Origin: a bacterium
GTDB lineage: Bacteria; Patescibacteriota; Minisyncoccia; UBA6257; GWB1-50-10
Assembly: GCA_021814165.1 (NCBI GenBank)
Contig: JAKAIX010000002.1
Coordinates: 136,501 to 200,500 of the forward strand
Length of the DNA stretch: 64,000 bases
Reading direction: 5' to 3'
Shown here: one piece after another, positions 36,195 to 45,607 of the stretch
Numbering within the stretch: the first letter of the stretch is position 1
How the letters are laid out: every line of letters begins with the position of its first letter
Notes under the pieces: generated by a model
What the model saw: the letters and a program-made list of their open reading frames with translations, nothing else
Told to the model about the DNA's origin: nothing
Databases searched by the model: none
Program-made: the position numbers and the translations under genes

Positions 36195-36358
36195 GATGTA
36201 AATCCAATAAATAAATATAGGAGGAGGGTATCCTTCGTAGCCTTGGCGAAGAAGGATATGCTTCGGAGGATTTCGCCCGACGAAGCACGTGAAGTGACAC
36301 CACGGCCTTATGGCCGTGGGGCTTCACATCGTTTTGCTTTGTTGCTACGATTGAGCCG
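36195..36358 (+). promoter_or_regulatory. Structured 5' leader upstream of folD with nested stems; candidate cis-regulatory RNA.
   Basis: The stems are accctcct...aggagggt, ggcgaa(gaagg-auaug-cuuc)...uucgcc, and gugaag-ugacaC-CACGGCC-uuau-GGCCGUGg-ggcuucac. There is no SD in front of the folD ATG. Confidence 0.3.
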
Positions 36359-37183
36359 ATGGTGATAGACGGCAGGAAAATCGCGGACGAGCTTCTTCAA
36401 ACGCTTAAAGCAAAGCAGAAAACCGGAAAGTTTCTTGCGGGAATCCTCATCGGCGACGACCCGGCATCATTGAGTTTTTTGATGCAGAAACAGAAAGTTG
36501 CCGAGGAGCTCGGCGTCGATTTTAGGTTATACAAACTTGATACGAGCCTGGGAAACGACAAACTTCGCGAGGAGGTGGGAAAAATCGCACGCCTTGGGAT
36601 GTGCGGCGGCGCGCTCGTCGAGCTGCCGCTTCCCGCTCACCTGAACCGTCATTACATTTTAAATGCCGTACCCCGCGAGAAGGACGTGGATGTCTTGGGA
36701 GAGCGCGCTCTCGGGGCATACTATGCCGGAAGAAATCCGGTTCTTCCGCCCGTTGCGGGAGCCGTCGATGAAATCCTCCGTCGCGCGAACTCCGAACTTA
36801 AGGGAAAACGAGTTGCGATTGTCGGAACCGGATTCCTTATCGGGCGCCCAATTGTGACATGGCTCATGAATAGGGTTGAAGAAATATTCGTGGTACACAA
36901 GGGCAGTGACTTCTCGATTTTGAAAAAAGCGGATCTTGTAATTTTGGGGACCGGCCAGCCGCTCCTTATAACGCCCGACATGATAAGGGAAAAAGCGATC
37001 GTGATCGACTTCGGGTACGGGAAGATTGATGGAAAAATGTACGGCGACTTCGATGCATCGTCGTTGGAAACAGGGGATTGTAAGTTGAAGATCGATTATA
37101 CCCCCGTGCCGGGCGGAGCCGGGCCTATTTTAATCGCCAAACTCTTCGAGAATTTTTTTACACTCGTTGAGCGGCAAAAGTAA
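36359..37183 (+). CDS. folD: Bifunctional methylene-THF dehydrogenase/methenyl-THF cyclohydrolase.
   Basis: KDVDVLGERALG (the KDVDG-like motif) and PVPGGAGPILIAKL (the PGGVGP motif). Confidence 0.9.
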   Translation: MVIDGRKIADELLQTLKAKQKTGKFLAGILIGDDPASLSFLMQKQKVAEELGVDFRLYKLDTSLGNDKLREEVGKIARLGMCGGALVELPLPAHLNRHYILNAVPREKDVDVLGERALGAYYAGRNPVLPPVAGAVDEILRRANSELKGKRVAIVGTGFLIGRPIVTWLMNRVEEIFVVHKGSDFSILKKADLVILGTGQPLLITPDMIREKAIVIDFGYGKIDGKMYGDFDASSLETGDCKLKIDYTPVPGGAGPILIAKLFENFFTLVERQK

Positions 37184-37189
37184 CTGCCG

Positions 37190-37222
37190 CAAAAAACAAA
37201 AACCCCCGTAGAGGGGCTTTGT
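37190..37222. terminator. Bidirectional hairpin between convergent folD and recA.
   Basis: AAAAACCCCCGTAGAGGGGCTTTGTT. Confidence 0.5.
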
Positions 37223-37234
37223 TCTATTGGCTTG

Positions 37235-38281
37235 CTATTCGGTTTCAGTGCCGCTCATTGTTCCTTTCTTTTCGGCGGTCTCTTTTGTTTTTCTCTTGAT
37301 TGTTTCCAGGAGTTTTTTGTCCTCCTTTAATTTTTCTCGCACGTTGTCGAATCCGACGCCGAGTTTTTCTCCCTCGAAACTGTAGCTCGCGCCGTTCTTC
37401 TGGATGGAGCCGTACTTGATACCGGTATTCAATACATCTGCCTCGTAGGAAATTCCCTCGCCGTACATAATATCGAACTCGGCTACCTTGAAAGGCGGAG
37501 CAACCTTATTCTTCACTACTTTCGCCTTTACCCTGTTCCCTATTACATCCTCCCCTTTCTTCACTTGCGCGATGCGGCGGATGTCGATTCTGATCGAAGC
37601 ATAGAACTTAAGTGCCATGCCGCCCGTCGTCGTCTCGGGATTTCCGAAAACAATGCCGATCTTCATGCGGGTCTGGTTGATGAAAATGACGATTGTACCC
37701 GACTTGTCCGCGATTGCGGTGAGTTTTCGGAGCGCTTGGGACATAAGGCGCGCCTGGAGCCCCATATGAGATGCGCCCATTTCCCCCTCTATTTCCGCCT
37801 TGGGGGTTAGTGCCGCGACAGAGTCAACGACCACGATATCGATGATCCCCGATCGGACGACGCTTTCTAAAATGTTCAACGCCTCCTCTCCGCTGTCCGG
37901 CTGGGAGATGATAAGATCTTTTACTTTTACCCCGATCCGCGCTGCGTACTCGGGATCGAGCGCGTGCTCGGCATCGATAAACGCCGCCTTGCCGCCTTTT
38001 TTCTGCACCTCGGCAACCGCATGGAGCGCAAGCGTCGTTTTTCCCGAGCTCTCGGGTCCGAAGATCTCGATGATTCTTCCTTTCGGGAACCCTCCCGCTC
38101 CGAGCGCAAGGTCAAGCGAAAACGATCCGGAAGACACCGTTTCTATTCTTTTCGTGTGCTGCGCCTCCCCAAGCTTCATAATGGAGCCCTCGCCGAAGCG
38201 CGACTGAAGCGACTCGATCAAGGAATCAATCGAATCGCCCACCTGTTCCTTTTCTTTTGTTTTTTTATTGTGTACCGCCAT
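37235..38281 (-). CDS. recA: Recombinase RecA.
   Basis: [10 protein letters not shown], Walker [14 protein letters not shown], and the L2 loop region. Confidence 0.95.
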   Translation of the reverse strand: MAVHNKKTKEKEQVGDSIDSLIESLQSRFGEGSIMKLGEAQHTKRIETVSSGSFSLDLALGAGGFPKGRIIEIFGPESSGKTTLALHAVAEVQKKGGKAAFIDAEHALDPEYAARIGVKVKDLIISQPDSGEEALNILESVVRSGIIDIVVVDSVAALTPKAEIEGEMGASHMGLQARLMSQALRKLTAIADKSGTIVIFINQTRMKIGIVFGNPETTTGGMALKFYASIRIDIRRIAQVKKGEDVIGNRVKAKVVKNKVAPPFKVAEFDIMYGEGISYEADVLNTGIKYGSIQKNGASYSFEGEKLGVGFDNVREKLKEDKKLLETIKRKTKETAEKKGTMSGTETE

Positions 38282-38990
38282 AATTGTTTACCGTTGATGT
38301 TTCATAAAATATCTGCCTCGTAACCGTGTATGAACTACCGAGCAGCTTCTTAACCTCAAAGGTGAATGTATTAAACCCGGGTTGGAGCGAAACGTCTTTC
38401 TTGAACCCCCCGTCCTTATCGGGATAAATTGTTTCGCCGTTTATCGCAAGCTTGTCGGCGGAATCAATCGACCCTTCAATGGAAAATCGGGGCGATGTTA
38501 CAATGGTCTGATTTTTGTCGAGACCCCGGAGATTCAACTCCGGTTTCCCGAGAAGCGACGGCAGACGGAGGATAAAATACCCCCCGATCACGATGATGCA
38601 TATCGCAATAATCACGACCTTTTTGTCGACGTGCGGCGTGATAAAACGATTGGGAGGAAGCGTATCTTCTCTTCCGGAGCGGCGCAGCTCTTCGTTGTTT
38701 TTGAGATAACGCCGCCATAATTCTTTTCCGTCGATATTCAAAACCTCGGCAACCTTCATAAGGTATCCGTGGATATACGGTGCGGAAGGGAGCTTGTCGA
38801 ATCGCTCTTCGAGAAGCAGTTCGAGCGCCCCTTCGGGAACGCCGCTCAATTGAGAAAGCTTCTCAAGCGTCATTCCTCTTGCTTTGAGGACTTCCACGAT
38901 AAATCCGGAGAGGTTTTTTTCTTCCTGCGCCATATGCGTTGGTCGCCAAAGACCATTATAGAACAGGTCGCTCTTTAGGTCGAATAACAA
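38265..38990 (-). CDS. RodZ-like HTH (XRE-type) membrane protein.
   Basis: An N-terminal HTH ([24 protein letters not shown]), a single TM ([19 protein letters not shown]), and a C-terminal beta-rich domain. The start may be the ATG at 38933. Confidence 0.55.
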   Translation of the reverse strand: MLFDLKSDLFYNGLWRPTHMAQEEKNLSGFIVEVLKARGMTLEKLSQLSGVPEGALELLLEERFDKLPSAPYIHGYLMKVAEVLNIDGKELWRRYLKNNEELRRSGREDTLPPNRFITPHVDKKVVIIAICIIVIGGYFILRLPSLLGKPELNLRGLDKNQTIVTSPRFSIEGSIDSADKLAINGETIYPDKDGGFKKDVSLQPGFNTFTFEVKKLLGSSYTVTRQIFYETSTVNNYGGTQ

Positions 38991-39037
38991 AATTATCGAG
39001 GCCGGGCCTCGATAGATTGAAGCCCGGTCTCGGGGTT

Positions 39038-41137
39038 CTACTCTTCGGATCCGTCCGAAACGAAAACTTCTCTCGGTTTTGCACCCTCGCCTGGGCCAAC
39101 AATGCCGCGTTCCTCCATCAGATCAAGAAGCCGCGCCGCGCGTGCGTACCCGACCTTCAGTCGTCGCTGGAGAAGCGATGCGGAGGCCTTCTTTGCCGCT
39201 CGCACCAGTTCGATCGCTTCGTCCAGAAGTTCGTCGCCGTCCGACATATCCATGTTCTCAAGATCGAGATTTGCCTGCGATCCATTCCCGCCGTTTTCTA
39301 TTTTTATTTCGTCGGTCGAGATAACCTCGTTGTTCTTTTTAATGAAAGAAGTAACCTTCTTGATTTCTTCTTCCGAAAGATATGCTCCTTGTACGCGCAT
39401 GGGCTTCGAGATGTCAGCCGCGATGAAAAGCGCATCCCCGCTTCCGAGGAGTTTTTCCGCGCCCGGAGTATCGAGGATGGTGCGCGAGTCGATCTGACTC
39501 GCGACCTGAAGCGCAATTCTCGTCGTAATGTTCGCTTTGATGAGTCCTGTGATTACCTCCACTGAGGGACGCTGGGTCGAAACGACGAGATGGATGCCGG
39601 TCGCACGCGCCATTTGCGCAAGACGAATAATCGATCCCTCGACTTCTTTTCCGAAAGAGGTCATAAGGTCCGCAAGTTCGTCGATCACGATCACAATGTA
39701 CGGCATCGATTTTCCCGATGAGTTATAGCTCTTAATGTCGCGCGCTCCCGCTCCGAGTAAAATCTCGTATCTTCGGTCCATCTCCTGGATCGCCCATCGC
39801 AAAACCCCGATCGCCTTTTTATTTTCCGTAATGACGGGCGCCAAAAGATGAGAGATGCCGTCATAAACGGAGAGTTCCACGCGTTTCGGGTCGATCATAA
39901 GAAAACGAAGCATGTCCGGAGAATTTCTGTAAAGAAGCGACATAATGATCGAGTGAATCATGATGGATTTTCCCGATCCGGTCGCGCCCGCAACCAAGAG
40001 GTGCGGCATCTTTGCGATGTCCTTGAACATCGGCTCGCCGCTCACATTCCTTCCCAAGGCGAACGCGAGCTGGCCGCTTTTCTGAAAATCCGGATAGAGG
40101 AGCAAACTTCCGAGGCGGACGAGCGCCGCCGCCTTGTTCGGCACTTCGATTCCCACAAGCGACTTCCCCGGAATGGGGGCTTCGATGCGGATGGGATGTG
40201 CGGCCAAAGCGAGTGCAAGATCCTGGTTCAGAGTCGTAATGCGCGAGAGTTTGACGCCTTCGGCCGGCTTCAGAGTATAACGGGTGACGGTTGGTCCTAC
40301 GTTTATCTCTCCCATCTCGACCATGATGCCGAAGCTCTCAAGCGTGCGTTTGATGATATTCGCGTTCGCCCTGAGGTCGCCGATCGTCGGTTTTTCGGTC
40401 GTCGAGTTCAGAAGCGACAAGGGAGGCGCCACGTAATTTTTGATCGGTTTGAAGGAAGAACCCTTCGGCAACTCCGTATCCATCTCCGCGATCGTCCCCT
40501 CCTTCTTTCGCGGTGTTTCTTTTTCTTTCGGAGCGGGCGGCGTTTCGGGAAGTATAACCTTCATTTCTTTTTCCTCTTCCTTATTGTCCCCATCCTCCTC
40601 TTTGTCCCCCTCGTCTTTTTTGAAAAGCTGCCCCAGGTGGAGCGGGCGGTTCACTACAATAAGAAGAGAAACAACGAGCGCGGCAACGGTGATTACGAGC
40701 GCCCCGGGAACGCTAAAGGGGTTTTTGAGGAGTCCTACAAACGTTCCGATCGCTCCCCCGTTTCCCGGCGCCGCGATATCGATAAAGCCGAGTGCGGCGA
40801 GGATAAATACACCTCCGCCGATAAGCGAGGTAGGAAGGAGTTTCTTCGCATCGGAGGTAAGAAGCGTAAAGGCGATAAGGAGTGCCATGATGGGCAGAAG
40901 ATAATACCCCCACCCGAAGAGCAGGTCGAAGAAATTATAAATGCCGTTTCCCCAAGGGCCCGCAACGCCCCACGCGGCGAGGAGTAAGATCACGGCGAGA
41001 GCCGTAAAGACGACGATCCAGATGCTTTTCTTTGTTTCGGGGTGAAGCGCACTCTCTCGTGTTTCTTGTTTCCTCTCGGGAATCCGTTCCGTTTTTTTCT
41101 CCTTGCCGTTCCCCTTCTTCTTTTTGTGTCGGGCCAT
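39038..41137 (-). CDS. ftsK: DNA translocase FtsK/SpoIIIE.
   Basis: Four N-terminal TM helices, a charged linker, and a motor domain with Walker A GATGSGKS. The C-terminal gamma winged-helix is ASASLLQRRLKVGYARAARLLDLMEERGIV. Confidence 0.9.
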   Translation of the reverse strand: MARHKKKKGNGKEKKTERIPERKQETRESALHPETKKSIWIVVFTALAVILLLAAWGVAGPWGNGIYNFFDLLFGWGYYLLPIMALLIAFTLLTSDAKKLLPTSLIGGGVFILAALGFIDIAAPGNGGAIGTFVGLLKNPFSVPGALVITVAALVVSLLIVVNRPLHLGQLFKKDEGDKEEDGDNKEEEKEMKVILPETPPAPKEKETPRKKEGTIAEMDTELPKGSSFKPIKNYVAPPLSLLNSTTEKPTIGDLRANANIIKRTLESFGIMVEMGEINVGPTVTRYTLKPAEGVKLSRITTLNQDLALALAAHPIRIEAPIPGKSLVGIEVPNKAAALVRLGSLLLYPDFQKSGQLAFALGRNVSGEPMFKDIAKMPHLLVAGATGSGKSIMIHSIIMSLLYRNSPDMLRFLMIDPKRVELSVYDGISHLLAPVITENKKAIGVLRWAIQEMDRRYEILLGAGARDIKSYNSSGKSMPYIVIVIDELADLMTSFGKEVEGSIIRLAQMARATGIHLVVSTQRPSVEVITGLIKANITTRIALQVASQIDSRTILDTPGAEKLLGSGDALFIAADISKPMRVQGAYLSEEEIKKVTSFIKKNNEVISTDEIKIENGGNGSQANLDLENMDMSDGDELLDEAIELVRAAKKASASLLQRRLKVGYARAARLLDLMEERGIVGPGEGAKPREVFVSDGSEE

Positions 41138-41180
41138 TGTTCTGTTTCATTAAATCTTAAATTCCGTTAAAATTCAATTC

Positions 41181-42479
41181 ATGAACGAGCGCATATTCAA
41201 AGCGTATGACATTCGCGGGATATATCCCTTGGAGATAAACGATGAGGTTGCCGCGGAAGTCGCGCGAGGATGTTCGGCGCTCTTTCCGGGAGGAAAAATG
41301 ATTGTGGGAAGAGACGTGAGAATCGGCTCTTCCGAGCTTGCGCAGGCCATCGTAAAAAACCTCCTCCTCAACCCGAAGTACGAGGTTATCGATGTGGGTA
41401 TATGCAGCACCCCGCTCTTCTACTTTGCGGTGAATGCGCTCGGGGCGGCCGGTGGGATTATGGTTACTGCTTCCCATAACCCCCCCGAATGGAATGGGTT
41501 TAAGGTGGTCGGTCCGAAGGCGGTCATGATCGGCGGGGATGCGGTCAAAGAAGCGATACGGAACGCCGGACCCGCGGGACAAGGAGGCGGACGTTATGAA
41601 AAACGCGAGATGGTGGAAGAATATGTCTCTTTTTACAAACAGCAATTTAATGTTCGAAAGCCGCTCCGCGTAGTATGTGATTTCGGGAACGGTGCCACGG
41701 GGCGGATTTGCTCCGCGCTTGTGCCGGTTTTCGAGAACATCACGTTCAGCTTTTTGAATGATGTTCCGGACGGAAGATTCCCCTCAAGAGGTCCCAATCC
41801 CCTTATCCCCGGAGCATTGGATGGTTTGAAAAAGGAAGTGGTGAAGACCGGCGCCGAGCTTGGTGTAGCATTCGATGCCGACGGAGACAGAGCGTTCTTC
41901 GTAGACGGGCACGGCGACGAGATTCCCTATTATGTCGTCGCTTTTCTTCTTGCGGAACAGGGGAAGGAAAGACTTGTTGCGGAGGTGCAGACATTTCATG
42001 TCCTGAAACATATCGGATACAAAGGCGAGCTTTATGAATCGCGTGTGGGAACCCGCTTCATGAAAGAGAAAATGAAAGACGTTGACGCGGATATAGGCGC
42101 CGAGTACTCGGGGCATTATTACTTCAGGGAGTTTTTTGATACGGACTCGGGAATATTCGCTTTTATGAGGCTGCTCCAAATCATCTCGGGGCTGCCCTCT
42201 TCTTTCCAGGAATTTCTTGAGCGTATTCCGAGACGCGAAACAACCCAGTGGGACGTTCGGGTTGAAGATCCCGCGGAGTCAATTCGGAAGATTTCCTCAA
42301 TATATGAAGGGAAAAACGAGCTCCAGAAAGACACCACGGACGGCGTCGTGTTTGCCTCGAGGGATTGGCTCTTCGGTATGAGGCCGTCAAACACAGAGCC
42401 GCTCCTCCGGTTTTGGGCGGGTGCCGACTCAAGAGAAACACTTGAGAAGCTTGTACGGGAGATACAGTCGAATTTCTAG
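41181..42479 (+). CDS. Phosphohexose mutase of the PGM/PMM family (GlmM/ManB-like).
   Basis: The active-site Ser loop is TASHNPPEWNGFK, with a Mg loop (FDADGDR) and a sugar-binding loop. Confidence 0.85.
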   Translation: MNERIFKAYDIRGIYPLEINDEVAAEVARGCSALFPGGKMIVGRDVRIGSSELAQAIVKNLLLNPKYEVIDVGICSTPLFYFAVNALGAAGGIMVTASHNPPEWNGFKVVGPKAVMIGGDAVKEAIRNAGPAGQGGGRYEKREMVEEYVSFYKQQFNVRKPLRVVCDFGNGATGRICSALVPVFENITFSFLNDVPDGRFPSRGPNPLIPGALDGLKKEVVKTGAELGVAFDADGDRAFFVDGHGDEIPYYVVAFLLAEQGKERLVAEVQTFHVLKHIGYKGELYESRVGTRFMKEKMKDVDADIGAEYSGHYYFREFFDTDSGIFAFMRLLQIISGLPSSFQEFLERIPRRETTQWDVRVEDPAESIRKISSIYEGKNELQKDTTDGVVFASRDWLFGMRPSNTEPLLRFWAGADSRETLEKLVREIQSNF

Positions 42480-42943
42480 TCCCCTCTCGGGGGCTTTTTT
42501 GTTGCGCCGAGTTTCTCCGGTTTTAATTCTCGTATTTCATCCATTATCTTTTTCACGAGCGTCGTAATTTGTTCCCGCGGCATCCCCCTTTGTTCCGCAA
42601 CACCGAGTACGAATGCTTCCGTTTTTTCGAAATTATTTTTGAATTTCGCGTTTATCTTTTTCCATTCGGTCTTTTCGAGTGATTTCGCGATCGCTTCATC
42701 GAAAGAAATAATTTTTTTCTTCATAAGGAACGCTATCGAGGGATAGCCGAGGTATCCCTGCCAATACGATCCGTTATCGTTTGCGGTAATTGCATGCGTG
42801 CCGGATTCATAACGCACCTCGTAGTGTTTGTCTCCGCTCGAAGAGGTTACGACTGCGGCATCCCCCTTCACCTTAATGCGCTTGTCCGCGATGGTTCCGA
42901 GCGCTTCATATACTTTTATTGCGGGCGGCAGTTTCCATTTCAT
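42476..42943 (-). CDS. Hypothetical 155-aa protein.
   Basis: Complete ORF overlapping its neighbours by 4 nt at both ends, so operonic with the DEDDh exonuclease. No motif recognised. Confidence 0.45.
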   Translation of the reverse strand: MKWKLPPAIKVYEALGTIADKRIKVKGDAAVVTSSSGDKHYEVRYESGTHAITANDNGSYWQGYLGYPSIAFLMKKKIISFDEAIAKSLEKTEWKKINAKFKNNFEKTEAFVLGVAEQRGMPREQITTLVKKIMDEIRELKPEKLGATKKPPRGD

Positions 42944-43467
42944 AACTCCTGATCGATTTCAAAAAATTTCATAAACACCTCTCTTAAGAGCCTTGCGTCA
43001 TACAGCGCGTGATGCGGCGGATATTTGTTGGTATTGATACCGAGCGACTTTGCGAATTTCAGATATTTTTCAGGATTGTATCCTTCCGCGAAAAGGATCG
43101 AGGCGAAGTCGATCGGAATCCAGTAGAGCGGTTGTTCGCTTACCCCGAAGAGTTTGTAAAAATAGAGCGTGTCGTACTGGTTGATGAGCCCGACCATGTA
43201 CGGTTCCTCGTCCCCTACAAATTCTCTTATCTTCGTCTTCGCTTCTTCCCGCGAAACCTTATTTTTCGAGAGCGTCGGGAGAATGTGTTTTTTTACAAAA
43301 TCGCTTGTCTCCCCTTCATATTCAAGTTCGAGATACAGTTCTTCGCCGTTCAGTTTTATAAGTCCGATCGAAAGTATTTCCCCTTTATAAGGATCGAGCG
43401 TCGAGAACTCAGTGTCGACAAAGATAAGGTTCTTGGAGAAGAGCCGTTCCGGGGGAATTTTTTCCAT
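42940..43467 (-). CDS. DEDDh-type 3'-5' exonuclease (oligoribonuclease/DnaQ-like).
   Basis: Exo I is LIFVDTEFSTLD and Exo III is HHALYDARLLREVF (H-x4-D). Confidence 0.65.
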   Translation of the reverse strand: MEKIPPERLFSKNLIFVDTEFSTLDPYKGEILSIGLIKLNGEELYLELEYEGETSDFVKKHILPTLSKNKVSREEAKTKIREFVGDEEPYMVGLINQYDTLYFYKLFGVSEQPLYWIPIDFASILFAEGYNPEKYLKFAKSLGINTNKYPPHHALYDARLLREVFMKFFEIDQEL

Positions 43468-43569
43468 ACAGACCCATTAAAGCAGAAAAATGAACACATC
43501 CCAATCTATCGAGGCCGGGCCTCGATAAAAAAGTGGATAACTTCAAGAAGCCAAACCACTTTTGTTTGT

Positions 43570-43760
43570 TAGAGTTAGAAAAGAGATTTATTAGAAAAAA
43601 CAGGAAAACAAGGAAAAACTGAAAAAGCTGAAAAACCTGATAATGCGATGAAACCTAGATTTCCGCATAAACACTACAAAATTTTGGCTAAAAAACAGAG
43701 AAGCTGATAGTGCGATGAAACCTACATTTTTTCAAAAATAGGCCTTCAAAATGGCAAAAT
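43570..43760. repeat. AT-rich spacer with an imperfect 27-nt direct repeat (c/gctgata(a/g)tgcgatgaaaccta(g/c)attt) about 60 nt apart, plus GAAAAA(C/G)CTGAAAAA iterations.
   Basis: cctgataatgcgatgaaacctagattt occurs at about 43636, and gctgatagtgcgatgaaacctacattt at about 43696. The block is upstream of yraN. Confidence 0.55.
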
Positions 43761-43844
43761 TGTTTGTCGACAAACAATTTGAAACAGATTTTCGATGCAG
43801 ATTTTGGGTTTTTTCAAGAAGTTAATGAGACAATTTTAAAAGGT

Positions 43845-44210
43845 ATGGAGATAAATTCATCAGAATTAGGAAAAATAGGAGAGGATTATGCCGTGAATTA
43901 TCTCAAAAACAGGAAATTCAGGATTATTGGCAGAAACTTTAGGCAACCATGGGGTGAACTGGATATAGTTGCGGTGGCATCGGATAAGACACTTGTCTTT
44001 GTTGAAGTGAAGACTATGAGAGAGGGGGAGCTAAAACCGGAGGACCAGATGAGTTCATCAAAGATGAAGAAATTCAAGAAGGCGGCCTCGCTCTATGCCG
44101 GTCGGCACCAAGATCTGATCAATGACGAGAGGGGATGGCGACTCGATGTGATAGCATTGACAAAAGTTAAAAATAATTTCGTAGTAAATCACTACGAGAA
44201 CGTAGAATGA
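43845..44210 (+). CDS. YraN/UPF0102-family endonuclease.
   Basis: GEDYAVNYLKNRKFRIIGRNFRQPWGELDIVAVASDKTLVFVEVKTM is the YraN signature. I chose the start at MEINSS, which has an AAAGG RBS; the ORF track starts at 43764. Confidence 0.7.
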   Translation: MEINSSELGKIGEDYAVNYLKNRKFRIIGRNFRQPWGELDIVAVASDKTLVFVEVKTMREGELKPEDQMSSSKMKKFKKAASLYAGRHQDLINDERGWRLDVIALTKVKNNFVVNHYENVE

Positions 44211-44326
44211 AACCTTTATATGGTTGACAGTAAATGAAGAAGTAGTACCATTGAATTATTCCTGACCGCTCCATAGAGAGCGGTAAACTTTTAAACGAAA
44301 GGGCGATAAGAATGTATTAAAAAAAA

Positions 44327-45592
44327 ATGATGGATTTAAAATCATTGAGCGGTGCGGTGGAGCAAATTGCCACCGAGAAAGGAATTCCTCCCGAGAAGGT
44401 GATGGGGGCGATCGAAGCCGCCATCGCGGCCGCATATAAGAAGGAATATAGGAAGCGATCCGAAATTATCCGCGCGAAAATCGATTCGAAGACGGGAGAA
44501 ATAGGGTTTTTCCAAGTGAAGACCGTGGTGGATCCTTCAATGGTACGCATTGTCTCCGAAGAAGAGGAGACGAAGGAACCGACTCCGGCGGAAGAAGCGG
44601 AAGGGGTGCTTCCGCGCTATAATCCGGATCGGCACATCTTTTTAGAAGAGGCGAAACAATTTAAAAAGAATGCGGCACTCGAAGAGGAACTCGAATTTCC
44701 CCTCGAAACTCACGAGGACTTCGGTCGCATTGCGGCGCAAACCGCGAAACAGGTTATTTTGCAAAATCTCCGCGAGGCGGAGCGATCCTCGATTCGCGAT
44801 GAGTTTGCGGACAAGGAAGGGGAGATCGTGAGCGGCGTAATCCAGCGGTTTGAACGAGGGAACGTTTACGTGAACCTCGGCCGCGCGATGGGCATCATGT
44901 ATCCGAACGAAAGCATTCCCGGCGAACACTATCGCATGGGTGACCGGATGCGTTTTTTCGTATTTGCAGTCCAAAATGACGTGCGTCGGCCCGGTATCGT
45001 GCTTTCGCGATCGCATCCGAGCTTTGTCGCAAAACTTTTTGAACTCGAAGTTCCCGAGATCGCCGATGGGACGGTGGAAATAAAGCAAATCGCGCGGGAG
45101 GCGGGGAGCCGCACAAAAATCGCAGTGTATTCGAATGAAGAAGGCGTCGATCCGGTGGGATCGGCGGTAGGCCAGCGCGGCACGCGCGTCATGGCGGTGA
45201 CGAACGAGCTCGGTAACGAAAAGATCGATATTATCGAATGGTCGGAAGATCCCGAGAAGTTCATCGGGAATGCGATCTCTCCCGCAAAGGCGAAGCTCGT
45301 CGAGATTCTCCCGCGTCGCGAAGCGCGGGTTCTCGTCGCGGAAGACCAGCTGAGTTTGGCGATCGGCAAAGGAGGACAGAACGTCCGGCTTGCGGCGAAG
45401 CTTACGGGATGGAAGATTGACGTCAGATCGCAGTCGAATCCGGACGAGGTGCAGGAAGGAGGGATTGCCTCCGCGGAAGAAGAAGCGGGACCTCCTCCGG
45501 CGGAAGAGGAAAAGAAGGAGAAAGAATCCGGGAACGTGGAATCACAAGAGGAACAGAAAGAGTTGGAAAACAAAAACGTCGAAGAAAAATAA
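44327..45592 (+). CDS. nusA: Transcription termination/antitermination factor NusA.
   Basis: N-terminal domain, S1, and two KH domains (LAIGKGGQNVRLAAKLTGWKIDV), plus an acidic C-terminal tail. Confidence 0.9.
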   Translation: MMDLKSLSGAVEQIATEKGIPPEKVMGAIEAAIAAAYKKEYRKRSEIIRAKIDSKTGEIGFFQVKTVVDPSMVRIVSEEEETKEPTPAEEAEGVLPRYNPDRHIFLEEAKQFKKNAALEEELEFPLETHEDFGRIAAQTAKQVILQNLREAERSSIRDEFADKEGEIVSGVIQRFERGNVYVNLGRAMGIMYPNESIPGEHYRMGDRMRFFVFAVQNDVRRPGIVLSRSHPSFVAKLFELEVPEIADGTVEIKQIAREAGSRTKIAVYSNEEGVDPVGSAVGQRGTRVMAVTNELGNEKIDIIEWSEDPEKFIGNAISPAKAKLVEILPRREARVLVAEDQLSLAIGKGGQNVRLAAKLTGWKIDVRSQSNPDEVQEGGIASAEEEAGPPPAEEEKKEKESGNVESQEEQKELENKNVEEK

Positions 45593-45607
45593 AAAAGAAA
45601 TACAAAC

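Noticed and set aside
36195-36358. Calling the folD leader a ZTP (pfl) riboswitch outright
   Set aside because: I could not match the conserved pfl core nucleotides by eye. It is reported only as a structured candidate to be tested with Infernal.
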